Of a stretch of DNA of 64,000 bases, positions 61,670-64,000 are shown one piece after another. The notes under the pieces were generated by a model. It was not told where the DNA came from, did no database searches, and worked only from the letters and a program-made list of their open reading frames with translations. Both the position numbers and the translations under genes were made by a program. The DNA comes from an uncultured Gammaproteobacteria bacterium (lineage in GTDB: Bacteria > Pseudomonadota > Gammaproteobacteria > JACCXJ01). The first letter of the stretch is position 1, and the number at the start of each line of letters is the position of its first letter. Location of the stretch: the NCBI GenBank assembly GCA_963764725.1, contig CAVXTM010000012.1, forward strand, positions 320,001 to 384,000. Direction: 5' to 3'.

Positions 61670-63553
61670 TTATCTGTCGCCCTCGCGCGTTTCATCCGCG
61701 AGCAGTTGCTCGATCTCGGCGTCGCTGAGATTTTCCAGCCCAGCCGGAATTTCCTCGGCGTTGCCGATCAATCCGCCGATCTCGCCGGCGAGCTCGGCGA
61801 CCGTCGGTTTCCGAAACACGGCGACGTTGGGCAGATCGACACCGAAGACTGCGAAAACGCGCACCATGACTTGCGTGGCTCGCAGCGAATCGCCGCCCAA
61901 AGCGAAAAAGTTGTCATCGATTCCGAAGCCGTCGATCTTCAGGACTTCGGCAAAAACCTTTGCCACGGCGTGTTCTATTTCATTTCTCGGCGCAACCGGT
62001 GCTGGCTGTAGAAATTCGCCCAGTTTGTCGGCGAGGCCAATGCGTTGCAATTTTCCGGTCGGGCCTTTCGGAATCGCAGGCACGATGACGACTTGACTGG
62101 GGATCTTGAAGTCGGTTAGGCGCTCGAACAAGAATTCGCGGATAGCATTCGGCTCCATCGAATTTTTCTCCTTCAGCACCACGGCCGCGGCGATATCCTC
62201 GCCGAGGGTCGGGTGCGGCAGCGCGAAGGCGACCGCCTGCGCCACCGCTGGATGTTCGAGCAACGCTTCATCGACTTCGCGCGGAGAAATTTTTTCGCCC
62301 CCGCGATTGATGATTTCCTTCAGCCGTCCGGTTAGGAACAGATAGCCGGCGGCGTCGAGATAGCCCTGATCACCGGTGCGAAACCACCCATTGCTGAAGC
62401 TCGCGCGATTGGCGGGCGCGTTATTTTCGTAACCCGGTGTCACGTTGGCGCCGCGAATCACGACCTCACCGCTTTGCTCTTGCGGGAGCTGCGCTCCCGC
62501 AGCGTCCATGATTGCGATTTCCGGACCTGCTGCGACACCGACCGAGCGCGGCTTACGCTGCGCTGGAGGCAAGGGATTGCTCGCCATCTGATGCGCGGCT
62601 TCGGTCATACCGTAGGATTCGATGACCGGCACCCCGAAAAGCCGTTCGAGCTCCGTCATCACCGGTGCTGGCAGCGCAGCTGACGACGAACGGATGAAGC
62701 GCAGACGATGATCCGCGATGACGTCGGCGTGTTCTTTGGCGCGCGCCAGGACCGCCTGATGGATGGTCGGCACCGCCGTATACCAGCTTGGGCTAAATTC
62801 GGACATCCACTCGAAAAATCCCCAGTCATAAAAATCGGGCGCACACACAACGCGTGCGCCGGCCGCGAGCGACGACAGCAAAGCCGCAACGAGCCCGTGA
62901 ATGTGAAACAAGGGCATCACGTTCAGGCAGCAATCGTCCGGGGAAAGCCGCAGCGTGCGGCTAATGTTGAACGCCGATGCGCAGAGATTCTTGTGCAGCA
63001 GGGGTACGAGCTTAGGCCGCGAGGTCGTGCCCGAGGTGTGCAGCAGCAAAGCGACATCCTCGCCTTGCGCTGGCCTCGAATCGACGGCTTGTCCCGCACG
63101 ACCATGCAATGAGAAAACCCCGGCCCGAGCGTCGCCCGTGGGCGCGAGTTCGATCACCTCAATCCCCCGCGAGCGCGCCACGGCGCATGCCGCAGAATCA
63201 CTGCCGGCCTCGACGATCAGTGCTTTGACCCCCAAGTCGGACAGGTAAAAATCGAATTCCTCGACGCGGTAGTGGGGATTCAGAGGCGCGCAGACCGCGC
63301 CGCCGGCAACGGCGAGAAATGCCACCGCCATCTCGGGCCCGTTCGGCAGCACGAGCGCGATGCGATCGCCGTGGCCCAGACCGCACTCCCTCAAAGCAGC
63401 TTGCGCACAACCAATATGAGCCGCCAAGGCTCGGTAGCTAAGCCACGTCCTCTCCGGCGCCGCCAGTGCTGGTCTACCGGGAAATTTTGTCGCGAGGCTG
63501 TGCAGCAACTCGGGCAGTGTTACCGCCAATCCGTGGGTTGATGTGTTATTCAC
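61670..63553 (-). CDS. Oxalate-CoA ligase-like (AAE3/PCS60-type) adenylating enzyme fused to a carrier domain
   Basis: LHTSGTTSRPKLVPL, WYTAVPTIHQ, LRFIRSSSAAL, YGMTEAAHQMASNPLPP and KEIINRGGEKISPRE; carrier GGDSL. GTG start at 63553 follows the SD gaggag. Confidence 0.8.
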   Translation of the reverse strand: MNNTSTHGLAVTLPELLHSLATKFPGRPALAAPERTWLSYRALAAHIGCAQAALRECGLGHGDRIALVLPNGPEMAVAFLAVAGGAVCAPLNPHYRVEEFDFYLSDLGVKALIVEAGSDSAACAVARSRGIEVIELAPTGDARAGVFSLHGRAGQAVDSRPAQGEDVALLLHTSGTTSRPKLVPLLHKNLCASAFNISRTLRLSPDDCCLNVMPLFHIHGLVAALLSSLAAGARVVCAPDFYDWGFFEWMSEFSPSWYTAVPTIHQAVLARAKEHADVIADHRLRFIRSSSAALPAPVMTELERLFGVPVIESYGMTEAAHQMASNPLPPAQRKPRSVGVAAGPEIAIMDAAGAQLPQEQSGEVVIRGANVTPGYENNAPANRASFSNGWFRTGDQGYLDAAGYLFLTGRLKEIINRGGEKISPREVDEALLEHPAVAQAVAFALPHPTLGEDIAAAVVLKEKNSMEPNAIREFLFERLTDFKIPSQVVIVPAIPKGPTGKLQRIGLADKLGEFLQPAPVAPRNEIEHAVAKVFAEVLKIDGFGIDDNFFALGGDSLRATQVMVRVFAVFGVDLPNVAVFRKPTVAELAGEIGGLIGNAEEIPAGLENLSDAEIEQLLADETREGDR

Positions 63554-64000
63554 ACATTTCTCTCCTCTCTTTGACACCACCGTGCCCACCTTCGTCCTAA
63601 TCCGAAGCTTCTGTACCCGTCTGCCGTTAACGTGGCGTGGTCAACGCTTTTCGGCCGCGTTCCGGTTATGACGGGAAAAGGCCGAAGCTCTGCGTAATAC
63701 TACACTACTAAACGACCAAGCAGGTGGCATGAACCGAACGTTTCAGACAACCCATTGATTCAATGGGAAAAACAGGGGTGATCAAACCCTCAAATTGAGG
63801 AAACGTATCAGTCGGTCCGATGCCTTACGCGATCTCATGCAGCCTGCTAGAGGGGATAATGAGTGGGCCTTTTGGATGTTCAAATCGAACAAACTCAATG
63901 ATCCGTCCGGCGACGGAGGCCGCGCCCGGATGGCGGTCCGCGCCGTCGATGCTGAACTCAAAGCGGTACCAGCGGTGCACTAAGAGATGGCCTCGCGCGT

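Noticed and set aside
1-64000. CRISPR array, tRNA/rRNA, retron/DGR or integron cassette array
   Set aside because: No regularly spaced repeats, reverse transcriptase, integrase or structural RNA signatures were seen. Differences within the 1.13 kb repeat are not adenine-specific, so it is not a DGR template/variable pair.

Overview
Bacterial accessory region, probably proteobacterial, almost all on the minus strand, in two halves. The right half (~28.7-63.6 kb) is a large hybrid NRPS/PKS cluster. In transcription order it has: an oxalate-CoA-ligase-like A-PCP, a ThDP-dependent oxalyl-CoA decarboxylase/2-hydroxyacyl-CoA lyase-like enzyme, an acyl-AMP-ligase-ACP, C-A-PCP, a nested IS block, a broken A(Asp)-PCP with a racemase relic, C-A(Thr)-PCP-TE, A(Ser)-O-MT-PCP-sulfotransferase, KS-AT-ACP-aminotransferase-MT-C-A(Ser)-PCP-[frameshift]-TE, and an Sfp-type PPTase. 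Both TEs carry Cys at the nucleophile position. They lie in a ~1.13 kb direct repeat that brackets the PKS/sulfotransferase block. The left half (1-28.6 kb) is an eroded, IS-riddled exopolysaccharide locus. It contains DUF4910, an outer-membrane beta-barrel, a Wza-like exporter, an IMPase/CysQ-like phosphatase, a sugar C-methyltransferase, glycosyltransferases, an epimerase, two sulfotransferases, an arylsulfotransferase, a frameshifted Wzy-like gene, and three mosaic clan GH-A glycoside hydrolases. One hydrolase sits behind a c-di-GMP-I riboswitch with an anti-Shine-Dalgarno hairpin. All calls come from reading motifs by eye; no database searches were run.
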